Below are positions 40,746 through 64,000 of a DNA stretch of 64,000 bases, in pieces (the stretch's first letter is position 1; every line of letters starts with the position of its first letter). This stretch comes from Phoronis australis. Its lineage: Eukaryota; Animalia; Phoronida. The stretch lies in the NCBI GenBank assembly GCA_002633005.1, contig NMRA01000083.1, forward strand, positions 322,896-386,895, read 5' to 3'. The translations under genes and the position numbers were made by a program. Below the pieces are notes generated by a model, which was not told the DNA's origin, did no database searches, and was given only the letters and a program-made list of their open reading frames with translations.

Positions 40746-42373
40746 TACTTGGCGAAATTTATTTCGCCAAGTATGTTGGTCTTCCATCAAGTTTTTTTTT
40801 GTTCGCACGATACAGGTCGCAATTTTTGTCCGATCATCACGAAATTTACACATAACACGTAGTTCCGGAAGTTCTGGAAGCCTATTGTTTTTCGTGGTAA
40901 TTGGATCCAAAATGGCGGCTGTGGTGGCCATTTTGTTTTCATTCAAAGGCTTCTGGAAGCTACAATTTTTTATGTACAGGTTTGAAACTCAGCACAATAA
41001 ATGGACAGGATGTGCACTACATGTGTACCGAAAATTGTTTACTTTCGCTTAAAGATGGCAGAAATATCGGCAATCGCGCATGTGCACTTCGATTTTGGGA
41101 AAAAAACGTTTTCTCCTGTAGAGGGCGCATTATAGGGGCAATTCCTCCAAATCTTTGCAGGTGTTAGTTTCTTATGACATTCTATTATTCAGATCTAAAA
41201 ACCCGGAAGTTGCTTCCAAGATGGCGGATTGGCCTATGTTGACCTATTTTCAGTCGTGCTGGAGTGCCATTTTAAACGGGAAGAGAGAATGACGTAAATT
41301 TTTGCATGTGGATTCTTTGAAGTATAGCCTTTCAAGTGACCTGCAACATTTTTTTCTCAGACTTACAGTTTTTGAGTTATTTGACTTTGAATTTCTTTAA
41401 AAAAAACGCAAAATTTCATTTTTTTCGAAAAATTTACGGAATTGTGTGATACTATTAATTTAGATAGAGTTCTGAAAGGGCTTTCAGAAGATATTTTCCA
41501 TTTTCCGCTACGACGTCTACTTTTCGAATTATTCGAGATTTTCTTATAGCGCTGTTCCTTTGTTGAGTGCTCTTACTGCATTGATGTTGGTTAAGCTTCA
41601 ATTGAACAAGAATGTCGCCTATTTCTTACTGATTTATGACATCTAAGTTCGTCATATGAATGTCATGATGTTTGTTCATCATCGCCCCCACCATCATCAT
41701 ATTCGTCATCTTCGTCATCATCTCCGTCGTCTTTTCAGTTAATTTCGCCAAATGAAGTGTCGCTCAAGACTGTAGCCTATTTCTTACTGATTTCGGACTT
41801 CTACGTTCGTCATGTGTATGTTATTATTACTTCTATTGTTCATCCTCGCCACCGTCATCTTCGTCATCATCTTTATCGTCATCTTTTTGGTTCATTTCGC
41901 CAAGTGCCGCTCCTCGGAGCGCTTTCATTTAAATTTTTTTGTAATACCCATGTGCCATACATTTGTGAATAGTCCTTGGTGTGAGAAATGAAATGGTGCA
42001 AAAATCAGAAAAATTGGGTGAGTGGTTACCGAGAAAATGGCCATTGAAACACGACGATTATGTGTAAAATATCTGCCTTTTTATATAACTTCGTAAAAAA
42101 TAAAAGAATATCTACACGTGCTGCATATAAAAAATTTGTCTCATTGAGACAAACATGGTGGTGTGTATTATATAAAATTTGGATCAATTTCTACAGAGAT
42201 ATTGATGTTTAAATGTGTTGTTAGCATATGGAACAGGCTCATCATCAACCTCATGTTTGATGAAAACAATAGATTGCACAGCTTAAAAGGTAAAGAGCAA
42301 AAAACAACACATCAGCTCAGAAATAAATATATCTGAGCTAGGAGAAAATTTCACAACAAACCACAAGACAACA

Positions 42374-42534
42374 TCGGTGGATTTGGAGAGGGTTAAGGGG
42401 GCCAGCCCGTGCCCCCCCCTAAAACTCCCAGATTTCGTTTGGCAGTTTGAGGGTGCTAATATCTTATGGGTAAAATCCTGCGTAATACTCTGCCCTGCCC
42501 CCCCTCCTATCTAAAAATCCTAGATCTGCCCCTG
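42374..42534. mobile_element. Short MITE, second copy of 3974-4137
   Basis: Shared internal sequence and gatctgcccctg terminus. Confidence 0.55.
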
Positions 42535-43095
42535 AATACTACTACATGGGCAACACATGGCCTGACAGGGGGCTGGGGAAGGCCATAGCTCCCCCACTTT
42601 TTTCAGTGCTGGGTGCCACCCATGTACTATTAGATCGTATGATAGCAAAAAAACATCAGAAAGTAGACAAAAGACCATTTGGGAAAACAAATCCCTCTTA
42701 ACATGAAGGATTTCATCTTTTACGCAAAAAAACTCTTTGTAACAACTTTATTTCGAAAGGAAAAGTTGCGATGCCATTGAACTTCAACGTAGCCGCTCGT
42801 GGTGCTGACATGCGGCGACTTAGTGAACTAACGAATGCTGTTTGAAAAGTGCCAATGCGCAGCAGTTTGACAGAATTTTGAAAAAGAAATAATTACCAAT
42901 TAAAAGAGTGATAAATTCTTCATCTAAAAATCAGGGGGGCATGTTGCGCAACTGGAAAAACATCAATCTCCCGACCGATCAAAATTAGGCCTTCCGGACG
43001 ATCGAAAACTCACCATGAAAACTTGGCGTTGACTTCGAGAAAACAACTTGAGGAGATGGGCACGCATCTAAACTACATCCTGTCCAAATTTCGCA

Positions 43096-43629
43096 GTAGA
43101 GATTGTGAAGCTCCTGTATGCGCTTTATGCGCTGGAAGATTTTTGAATAATTATGCCTCACACTGACTAAAACTTCAATGCTACGTTGTTATCAATACCT
43201 TTTGCGCATAGAGCCATAGAGGGACACCAGGCTTAGGAAGCTGTCAGTGTATTCAATTCCTTCCAACTCGAACAATTACTGCCGTTATCAAACTTTTTCT
43301 TCGATCTGTCCCTCGTTCAGTTCCCAAAATCGGTAACTCACCATTTTTAACATAGCACATGCCAGGTGGTATGACATCATATCCCCTGGTGCGCGCAGTG
43401 TTAAAATTGGTTTGTTACCGATTTTGGGAACTGATGGTATTCGAGTTGAAAGAAATAACATACATCAACGGCCTCCTAAGGTGTCCCTTTGTGAGCAAAA
43501 GGTATTTATAACAATGTGACTGATGTTTTAGTCAGTGCAAGGCATAATTCGCCAAAAAACTTCCGGCGTATGAAGCGTCTATAGGAGCTCCACTGTGCTA
43601 CATGTCATTAGAACGGTGGTCACTGTCTA
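43096..43629. mobile_element. Family A copy 3 (palindromic, left end degraded)
   Basis: ttatgcctcacactgactaaaac.. / ..gttttagtcagtgcaaggcataa arms; ends ggtggtcactgtcta. Confidence 0.7.
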
Positions 43630-43914
43630 GTTGACAAGTTGACCAACTGGTAAAATTCCTGACACAACACAAGATGCCACCGTATGAGCTTATTTTGATC
43701 TTTACGAATATATCCAGTGTTCTCCACGACCTCTTTTGACTCGACGCAGTAACGAGTTTGTATTTTGCCATGTTGATTTTGGGAAAAGTTTAAAAATTGC
43801 CGCGCCAGGTTTAAAACCTTGGCTGGCTTGGTACGTCAACCCTCAGCATCAAATCAGAGCCTGATTTTACTAACAGTAAACATAGTTCGCTTTACTAAGA
43901 GGCAGTTAACAGTA

Positions 43915-45840
43915 CCGTCCTAATAAGGCGCTGGCCTGGGGCGCTTATTGTAACCCAAGGCGGTTGAAACCCGGTCTCCAAAATGGGTGAAATCGGAAGC
44001 TAGGATTCATCAAATTTATGCTATGTGATGTATCTGCAGCCTGTGACAGACTTTCTACAAAACTGTGGCGCATTGCTATCAAACTTCGTTGTTAAATTAT
44101 AATCATTTTACAGAAAATTGTGCGTAAATCCCAGGGCGAAAACTCGCTGATGCGCCAGTGTCTCGCGATTGTCGACATGGAAGCTTGAATAAAAATATAG
44201 TTTCGACTCAACAAATTACTTGGAATCCTCACTTTAAGGATATCTTCAACCTTATTCACAAAAAATTGGCTATTTTTACAATATTTCACATGTGTCTAGC
44301 AAAATACCTTATCTTCATTCTCGGGGAACTTAAAATACAAAATATATACTGCATTACGAGAAAAAAAAAAGATTTAGCAGAACCACCTTGGAACTGCACA
44401 ACCGCGTGGATATTTGTTTACTACTTATCCAAGGTCAAAGGTTAAAGGGCTTTCAATCAAATCGAATCTCCCGCCAGCTACAGAACAGCTTCGTATACCC
44501 TCAGTCTTTTCATTCACGAAGTCGCCATAACACTGAGCCAACAAAGTGTACTTATGATAGAATGGCGCCGGGAAAAACAAAGACAAAACATAGTTTTGAT
44601 CCTAAGGGAGTTGTGCATCTACATGCATATGACTGTTGGGGTTGAAAACAAATGCTACGAGTCGCCTCAGGCCTCTGTGGTCATGAACACAGAAAGTTGT
44701 GAAAAAAGATTAGTCCTCACCCTAATTCCTTAATTCAATTAATAAGTTCACATTTCGGTGTTTCAATCTCATGCTAACGACATACTTTAACCACTGATTC
44801 GATTTTTGTTATCCATTTCTTACTTGGTTTGGTATCAGTCTCCCAGCACGTGTGACGTGTACAGGCTGTGAACTGTGACCTATTTAAAAAGTTGGTTGCA
44901 AACAACAGTAAAAGTTGGCTGGGAACAATACGTCTATTTGAGGTTTTAATGATAATTAAGTTAATTACGCACTGCAAAATCAGTTGCCATTGCGAGTGAA
45001 TGTTGAAATAGCTAACATAGTCAAGGATTGCATAGGTTATGTGAACCGAAAACAAGTTTTCACTGAATAATTAACTGAAGACTTTGAGATTTTCACTCGT
45101 CCCAGTTTATTCAGCTTTTTCTCAGGTTTGGCAAACCAACTTTATTTGAAATTAGGAACACTAACTTTCGAAAACGGCTAGATGGATTTCGCTGAAACTT
45201 TCCAAACTTAATATTTAGTTGTTAATCTCAAAAACGCTGTTAGGATTTTAGATATGTAGGGATAGTTTTTGTGTAATGTGACAAAGAGGAATACAACTTG
45301 TTTTTTATAAAAATGCCTTACATTTTGCGAGTTGATTTGTCATAGAAACCAAACGAAAAGACTAATCGAAAATTCCTAACAGCGTTTTTGAGGTAACTGG
45401 TGAAGTTTTCATTTAAAAAAAGTTTCATTAAAATCGACCGAGGTGTGATTTTGGTATGAATGTACCTTTCTTAAAAAGTGAAATTTTGACTTATAAAAAG
45501 TTTTTACGTAAAAATAATAATGGAACATACATACAAAAAGTATATTTATATTTCCTGGTCTTTGTTCTTTCAGAAAATATGTACTTTTACTAGATGTCAA
45601 AGCTTAGTTTTTATATATGAATTAGAATGGAGGCCATTAAATAAGGTTCGAGATAACCTAAAGTTTTACAAATAGCGTCTCAAAGATTTTAAGTTCCTGT
45701 GGAGTTGGTAATAACAGCAAGATTTAGCCAGCCAGCTAGCTGTATGAAGACAAAGAGTAATGTCTGCGACGACAAGTGATAAGTATGTAGCACGTGCTTC
45801 CTGACCACGTGCTTTAACAACAAGTTTTTTTATTCAAGAG
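43915..45840. mobile_element. Mariner-like family M copy 3 (3'-truncated), interrupted by family K copy 2
   Basis: ta-ccgt..ggggcgcttattgtaacccaaggcggttgaaacccggtctcc matches the 24874 copy and resumes at 45661 (gattttaagttcctgtggag). Confidence 0.75.
44238..45658. mobile_element. Kolobok-like family K copy 2, uninterrupted, ~1.42 kb
   Basis: TTAA-ggatatcttcaacctt ... aaggttcgagataacc-TAAA; collinear with copy 1. Confidence 0.8.
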
Positions 45841-48052
45841 AAAGTCGTAAGCTGAATGGGCACTTCGAGTACTATTCGCAGTTTTCAGTTGTAGGACCTA
45901 CAAAGTGTCAAAAAGTAGGTCACACCAGACCAGTTCAGTGTATATTTTTGAAACATATAAATACCTACATTGGAGATGTTAAGGCTATAGAGAAAAGACT
46001 GTTGACTACTGATATTGAACTCTAGAAATTTGCGTCGAGTTTGGAATTGGTATTGTGTAGAACACTGATATCTCTAGTATTCACCATGTAATTACTGCAT
46101 ATGCCATTACATAGGAACATAGTAGAAATTGCCGAGATCACCCAACCTGAGAACGTCTACAACTTCCCCTTTCGTATGAGTATGAATTCTATGGGCTATG
46201 CCTATGGTAGAACATGCGTACCAACTGGAAGGTAAAAACCAGATTGCCAAGCATACAGGTCGTCAACTTCCCTTGACATCAAGGTAGTCTCTCATACAGC
46301 AGTAAATGTGGTCTACAAAAGCTAACTTTACATTGAGCCGCAGTTCAGGTCTCCAATAGTTTGAAATACGCTGAGTCAACGACTCGGATGGAACTGAGGA
46401 GACGAATCCTCACCCGAGCCAATGTTACCGTACTTTATCGTTGCCACAAAATTTTAATTTGAGATCGTTAAGGTAAAAGACACTTTGGCTTGTAGCTGAG
46501 TATTTTTAGTGTATTTAATTTCACCAGTCTTTCAGAATCTGAGATTCTCCACAAATATATGGCAAATCACTTTAGACTTTTATTAACTTCCACATTCCAC
46601 CAAAGGTCTTAAGGGGGGGAAGGGGGTGTATACACTGGTCAAATCTCCAGGTTCTTATCTAGAATAAGTATAAAGGGGGTTTTAACTAGTTAGAGATGAC
46701 TCTGAAAGTGACAAAAATCGAAAAAAAAAGTTCATTTTTTTGAAATATTGTATATTTTAATTTTCGAAAAATTGAATTGTACCTCGAATTTTTTTTCAAA
46801 ATGCACAGGGATTATTATCAACTGCTTCTTTACGCAATATTCTAATGATCCATACTAAATATATGTACAAAATCATCTTGATTGATTTTGTGGCATTTTT
46901 TGCGTGCGAGTTGTGGCAAGCATGACACTTTCTGTCATTTGGTCACTTTCTGTCTAATAAGTAAAATCGGGTCCATGTATCAAAAAACCTGGCACGCAAT
47001 TTTACTTCAGTTCTAGAGGATTTCAAAGTTGCAAATTTCGTAAAAATTGACCCACGTGTTGCGGAAAAATAGGCCCAAGAATCTTGTCACTACCCTGAAA
47101 TGACGAGCCAAGAAAAACGGCTTTGAAGTTAAGCGGGCATCGATTGCCACTTGAGGTCAAAATTCTTTCAGAAGGCGCGATCATTCTGTTCCAATTTCTG
47201 TTGATGTACTAGAAATAAAGCTGATATTTACTTCATGTTTAGAAAATATGAAAGACCTGTTTGTTTACAGCGTAATTTTAATCATTTTTGCGAACTTGTG
47301 AAGCACGGCAGATGACCAAAACAAATATGGCTGTCACGTGGGCGGAGCGTAGCGTTGATCTATTGTCTGCTGTGCTGGTGTGCCGACCACATATCATTAA
47401 AACAGTGTGTTGATTGTTTATGCGACTCATTTGAACTCTCCACTCAGTGCACATGGTAAAAGACTCTCTAACTATATTACATAGACCTATTTGTTAGTAG
47501 TCCAACATTATATGTAGTTACCATCTCTTCATCAACCAATAAATGTTTTTCATCAAATCGCCTCGTAACTGTCTACATAACAATACTGGCGATGAGGATA
47601 AAGAACTACTTTCATCGTAATGGTTCAACATTTTCACGGGCCTGTACCACCAACATTTTGACCGACTTTCTGCGCATATAGCATCGCTTGGGTGAGATTC
47701 TCAAGTTACCAAAGTTTTTTATCTTGCCTCCCACTAAAATCGTATAGTAATATCATGAGTTTTAGTTCAGGGATACATTTGAATCTATGCACTAGAACAA
47801 TTTTATTATGTTGAACACTGGGTTATTCCTCTAATTCGTTGGGTTATGGCTGGCGGCAAGTTCAAAAATCCACTGGTAGCTTAGTTTCTCGGCAGCGCGT
47901 TCCTAGCACAGAAGCACGGTTTATCGCCAAAACTCTACTCTGACGGCATGTAGTTGTCCAAGTCTCGCGCACGCAGCGTGTCTTCACAGTGTTTCCGACT
48001 TCTCGTGCACACGTACAAATTTCTGCACTGACTCCTCAACCTGAGCGCAGCG

Positions 48053-58180
<10,128 letters not shown>

Positions 58181-58656
58181 GATGTTAGCAGCTGGGAGAT
58201 CACAGGTGGTTTTTCATGTGATGTTGTATCGACACAAAATATGCAATGATATTTCTGGTCGTCAGATTGGTGCTCAAATATATGTTATAATCTCTCTTCA
58301 ATTTCACAGGAAAAATAATTGGCAACATTGCAAGTTTGTGATTTTCAAACTCTGATTGCCTTTTAAATTTTCAAAATATAAGTTTTGTTTGAATATATCA
58401 TTACTGAACAGTCCTTGCTACTGATAAGCTAAAATTTTAAAGTGTTTGTTTTCGTTGACAAATTTTATTTGGGCAAAATAAAATTTTGACTTATCTGCCA
58501 TTTTGTGTACTAAATTGAAGAGTCCTTACTGTGTTATGTATACAGTACAAGCCAATAGTATTCAGGCAATATGACCCGGAAGTACCCGTCATAGCGGCTT
58601 AGTAGAAGCTGAGTTCATTGTCAGAGTAGCCATACTGTATTAGAATTTTGATACCC

Positions 58657-58703
58657 TAATAATAATTATAATAATAATAATAATAATAATAATTATAATA
58701 ATT
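58657..58703. repeat. (TAA)n microsatellite; longer version at about 62746-62803
   Basis: Direct reading. Confidence 0.9.
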
Positions 58704-60142
58704 TATTAGATGTCATGACTGGGAAACGGTATTTGTCTGATTACTTTTGTGTTGTGCTGTGAACTTTAAAGCATCGTCTCACCTATTCTAACTCAGGACC
58801 ACTCGATCAATTGTGGCCCACAGGTATAGCTGTGTTGGTGTAATATTTTTATGTTATCATCAAAAATGTAGTAGTTTCTTTTGTAACTGTCACTGTAAAT
58901 GACGGTACAGTTTAAAGTTATTATAGTATCCCCCTTTATGAATGTCGTAAGCTCATATAAAATTCACTCAAGGATGTTCTTAAGTTGCTGATTTGATTGG
59001 GAACCTGCAACCTGTTTTACTTAAAAGACTTACGACTTTTTCTCATCAAGGGTCTGACTTGCTTTTGTCAGAACTTGAGGCATTGTTTAAACCCTGTCTG
59101 GTTGTCAGTCTGGTTTTCTGGTGACAGTCGCAGTGCTGGTTGATTTGGCATAAATCAAGAGACTAGACATATAACTTTTTTAGTGAAGTAGACCTAAGCC
59201 TTGGTCGTGAAATTAAAACTTCTTAGTTAAACAGACCTCACTTCAAATTTACTCAAGTTTAGTAAATACCATGACAATGCCTATGAACACTGTTTGCCAG
59301 ATTTTTAATCAAAACCCTACGTTTGCTAGATTTCATTAATGCATTTTAGTGTGACGGTTCAAAAGGTTGATTATTGTAGTGCGGTCGACAATAATGCTTC
59401 GTTGATCACAATGTAACGATGAACGTTCATAACTGAACAGCATCTAATTAAAATTTTGTGAGATGGTGATCGTGGATGTCCTAGGCTCATACACAATTGC
59501 TTTTTTATTTGCAGGTATCGTGTACGCTGCGGGGGACATTCTTCGTTCTGAAAACATATTCTCCAGCGCAAAGAAGGTTAGAACATGATTTAGTATAAAT
59601 TGTCATTGCTTGTTTGAACCAGTGCCAATCTCGTACCCAAAACATAAGTACAGTAATTTTTCTCTTATTAGACATGCAATATGGCAGACAAGTGAAGTTT
59701 TTCATTAAGATAAAGATTCAGAAAGTGTTTGATGTTAGCTGGGTGTGTTATGTGGCAGTCATGGAACAACAGTTTGGTTAAATGTCCGTTGTTTGCAACT
59801 ATGAAATGCTACTTGTGGTTCACTCACTTCAATAGACAACTATCCAGTGTCCAAATGTACATTTTCATCGGCAACTATTCAAGTAGATCTATCATGCAAA
59901 TGCCAGAAGTCATGATGTTTATCATACCAAAACAAAAATGAACCAATGAGAAAAGAACACACATCATTTATTATGTTTTTAATTGCCATGTTTATTTATT
60001 TTATATACAAATATGTGATTTCAATTTCAACGAAAACTAAGTAGTTTGTTTATGACACTATGAATACATATGTAATTCGTCTGAGCCAAGTGATTCCTAT
60101 GGATATTTCATTCATTCTGAATTACATACTGTCTGTAATTGA

Positions 60143-60325
60143 NNNNNNNNNNNNNNNNNNNNNNNNNNNNNNNNNNNNNNNNNNNNNNNNNNNNNNNNNN
60201 NNNNNNNNNNNNNNNNNNNNNNNNNNNNNNNNNNNNNNNNNNNNNNNNNNNNNNNNNNNNNNNNNNNNNNNNNNNNNNNNNNNNNNNNNNNNNNNNNNNN
60301 NNNNNNNNNNNNNNNNNNNNNNNNN
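60143..60325. other. Assembly gap
   Basis: Run of N. Confidence 1.
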
Positions 60326-61084
60326 TTTCAACGATGGTTCTGTTCTTGTTGAAGAAACCTGATAGTGCCTCTGGTCATTGACAGTTTGACAGTGGTGCTG
60401 TGTAAAGTCAATTAAGTTTCCTTCATGATCCTTAGACCGTTGCCATGGGACATCCTTAGAGTGTTGTCTCGGTCACATACGCCAACTGCACTCCATCCTG
60501 GTTATCAGTATGAGCAGGCTATTTTCACCTGATAATTAGAAGCGTTTGGCGAGTTTTCACGCTGGCACCTGACCGGGGCTCCCAATAATGACCATTTTTC
60601 TGCCGCAAACTCATCGGTTTCGCATCGGAAGCTTTATGACTTGAAGCATATAATTGTAAACCTGTTGTAAACCTAACTTTGCCATTGAAACTATTTTTTT
60701 TATTTTGACCTCTCGCTGAAACGGTCTGTTGTTATTTACAGAAATTAGAAAAGAATTTTGGGCTTAAGAAGATCGGTTACTTTACTGTTGTCAATTTTAT
60801 CGTCCATGCATCAAATGGCCGAGGTGTGGAGGTATAAGCTTATTGAGTCTGGCCTCTAGCAGTATTGAATTTCTGTTCTTCTCAAGTTCACAAATCACTT
60901 TTAATCTAAGTAAGGAATAATTGAGGATAGTTTCGTCATGGAAAGTAGACAAAATCAGAAGAGAATTTTTTAACTGAACTTTGACATAAAATAACTAAAT
61001 TTTTTTTGTTAATATGAATTGGGCATTATTACTGTATTTGTCAGAGAAATTTGATTGATCTTATTTGTTGATGTTTTTGAACAG

Positions 61085-62280
<1,196 letters not shown>

Positions 62281-62755
62281 GATGTTAGCAGCCGGGAGAC
62301 CACAGGTGGTTTTTCATGTGATGTTGTATCGACACAAAATATGCAATATTTCTGGTCATCAAATTGGTGCTCAAATATACATTATAACCTCTCTTCAGTT
62401 TCGCAGGAAAAATAATTGGCAACATTGCAACTTTGTGATTGCATTTTAAATTTCCAAAATGTAACCTAAGTTTTGTTTGAATATATCGTTACTGAACAGT
62501 CCTTGCTACTGATAAGCTAAAATTTTTTAAAGTGTTTCTTTTCGTTGACAAATTTTATTCGGGCAAAATAAAATTTGACTTATCTGCCATTTTGTGTACT
62601 AAATTAAAGAATGCTTACTGTGTTGTGTATACAGTACAAGCCAATAGTATTCAGGCAATATGACCCGGAAGTACCCGTCATAGCAGCTTAGTAGAAGCTG
62701 AGTTCATTGTCAGAGTAACCATACTGTATTAGAATTTTGATACCCTAATAATAAT

Positions 62756-62791
<36 letters not shown>

Positions 62792-62871
62792 TATAATAAT
62801 AATTTATTAGATGTCATGACTGGGAAACAGTATTTTGTCTGATTACTTTTGTGTTGTGCTGTAAACTTTAA

Positions 62872-63924
62872 AGGAGAATGCCACCCAAAAAACAACCTAA
62901 TTTGTATCAATTTAGATCGAGTAGTTCCACTCAATAACAGCAAGTACAGTTCTTTTACCTGACAGGTGATGGCAGACGGAGGTGTTGACGTCACAGGTTC
63001 GAATGCAGTCTGTTCCGCAGTTCAAATAATGTATATGTTTATCTAAATAAAGATTCCCCTAACATCTGACCATAGGATATAAAATCGAGTTCTTGTTTCA
63101 CAACAGCTTTCTTTCAACAAACACTGAATTAGGATGCACTCACACGGCCTTGGTGCCTGGTCAATTAGCTTTATTGCATCAAGAGCCGGTAACGCAACTT
63201 ACGATTTATTCATTGTTGACTTCTCAAATTATTTGCACTTACGAACACTCCAAAGGCATTACAAATTGTATATAATAAGACAGACTTTGTTTCAGCTTAT
63301 ATAAGCATTAGTTAGGGTGAGAATAATTCATTTTGAAACAGAACGCACAATAATAAACATCAATTAATTGTAATTGTTTATGTTTTCATAGCCAACTACA
63401 ATTCTTCGAAATCAAAAACTGACCAACAACTGATCCGCTTTTCTTTGTCTCCTGCTTGCCAAACGCAAACACGAGGCACATCATCTGACTTCCAGCCTCA
63501 GTCTCTTTTTCTGTCCTCGCATGAGCTGTTTGGTAAGCTGGCAATCGTCGGTGAAATAACTGTCGAAATCCCGGCCACTGACACGGAGATGTTTCACAGC
63601 CTCATTCTTTGTATTAACGGTGTTCTTTTATTCTTCACTGCCGCGAGCCACTTCCGAAGCATTACAGGCTCTCGAGGAAATCGAAAAAATGATATACCCG
63701 CTTTTCTCATAGCTTCACGATTCGCATAAGTGGGAACGATACACCATATTTTAGCGGCAATCATTCTGCCGAAGAACCACTGACGTCGCTGCGTCGTTTC
63801 TCACCTTCCCCACAGGTTAACACAACACCTTTCGGCGAGGTAAGATCGACCATATACGAGGTGATGTGGATATAGACCGATGAAGATGGTAAAAATGACT
63901 AATTAAATCGGGTGGCATTCTCCT
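62872..63924. mobile_element. Kolobok-like non-autonomous element, 1053 bp, recent insertion
   Basis: TTAA-AGGAGAATGCCACCC ... GGGTGGCATTCTCCT-TTAA (perfect 15-bp TIR); empty TTAA site in the other copy at 58766-58769. Confidence 0.92.
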
Positions 63925-64000
63925 TTAAAGCATCATCTCACCTCAGGACCACTCGATCAATTGTGGCCCACAGGTATAGCTGTGTTGATGTAATATTTTT

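Overview
AT-rich genomic DNA from an intron-containing animal, most likely a bilaterian invertebrate, with two assembly gaps. Two divergently oriented multi-exon transcription-factor genes can be built with consistent splice phases. On the minus strand is a TOX/TOX4-type HMG-box gene (exons 12114 down to 1006, candidate first exon near 20.4 kb, last exon not located). On the plus strand is a ~430-aa zinc-finger gene (48053-58180) with BCL11-type N-terminal ZF0/ZF1 but a different C-terminal finger cluster and a GC-AG intron. Its 3' part is repeated after the second gap, probably as an alternate haplotype, and that copy has an extra TTAA-flanked insertion. The space between and within the genes is dense with nested non-autonomous DNA transposons (Kolobok-like TTAA, mariner-like TA, Academ-like TAG termini, a Helentron/DINE-like element) and a truncated LINE. 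The most notable items are 11 co-oriented CTCF-like motifs carried by the Helentron-like element between the two genes, a Kolobok-like element with a THAP start at both ends, and reciprocal nesting of two TE families. All calls come from reading the sequence by eye; no searches were run.
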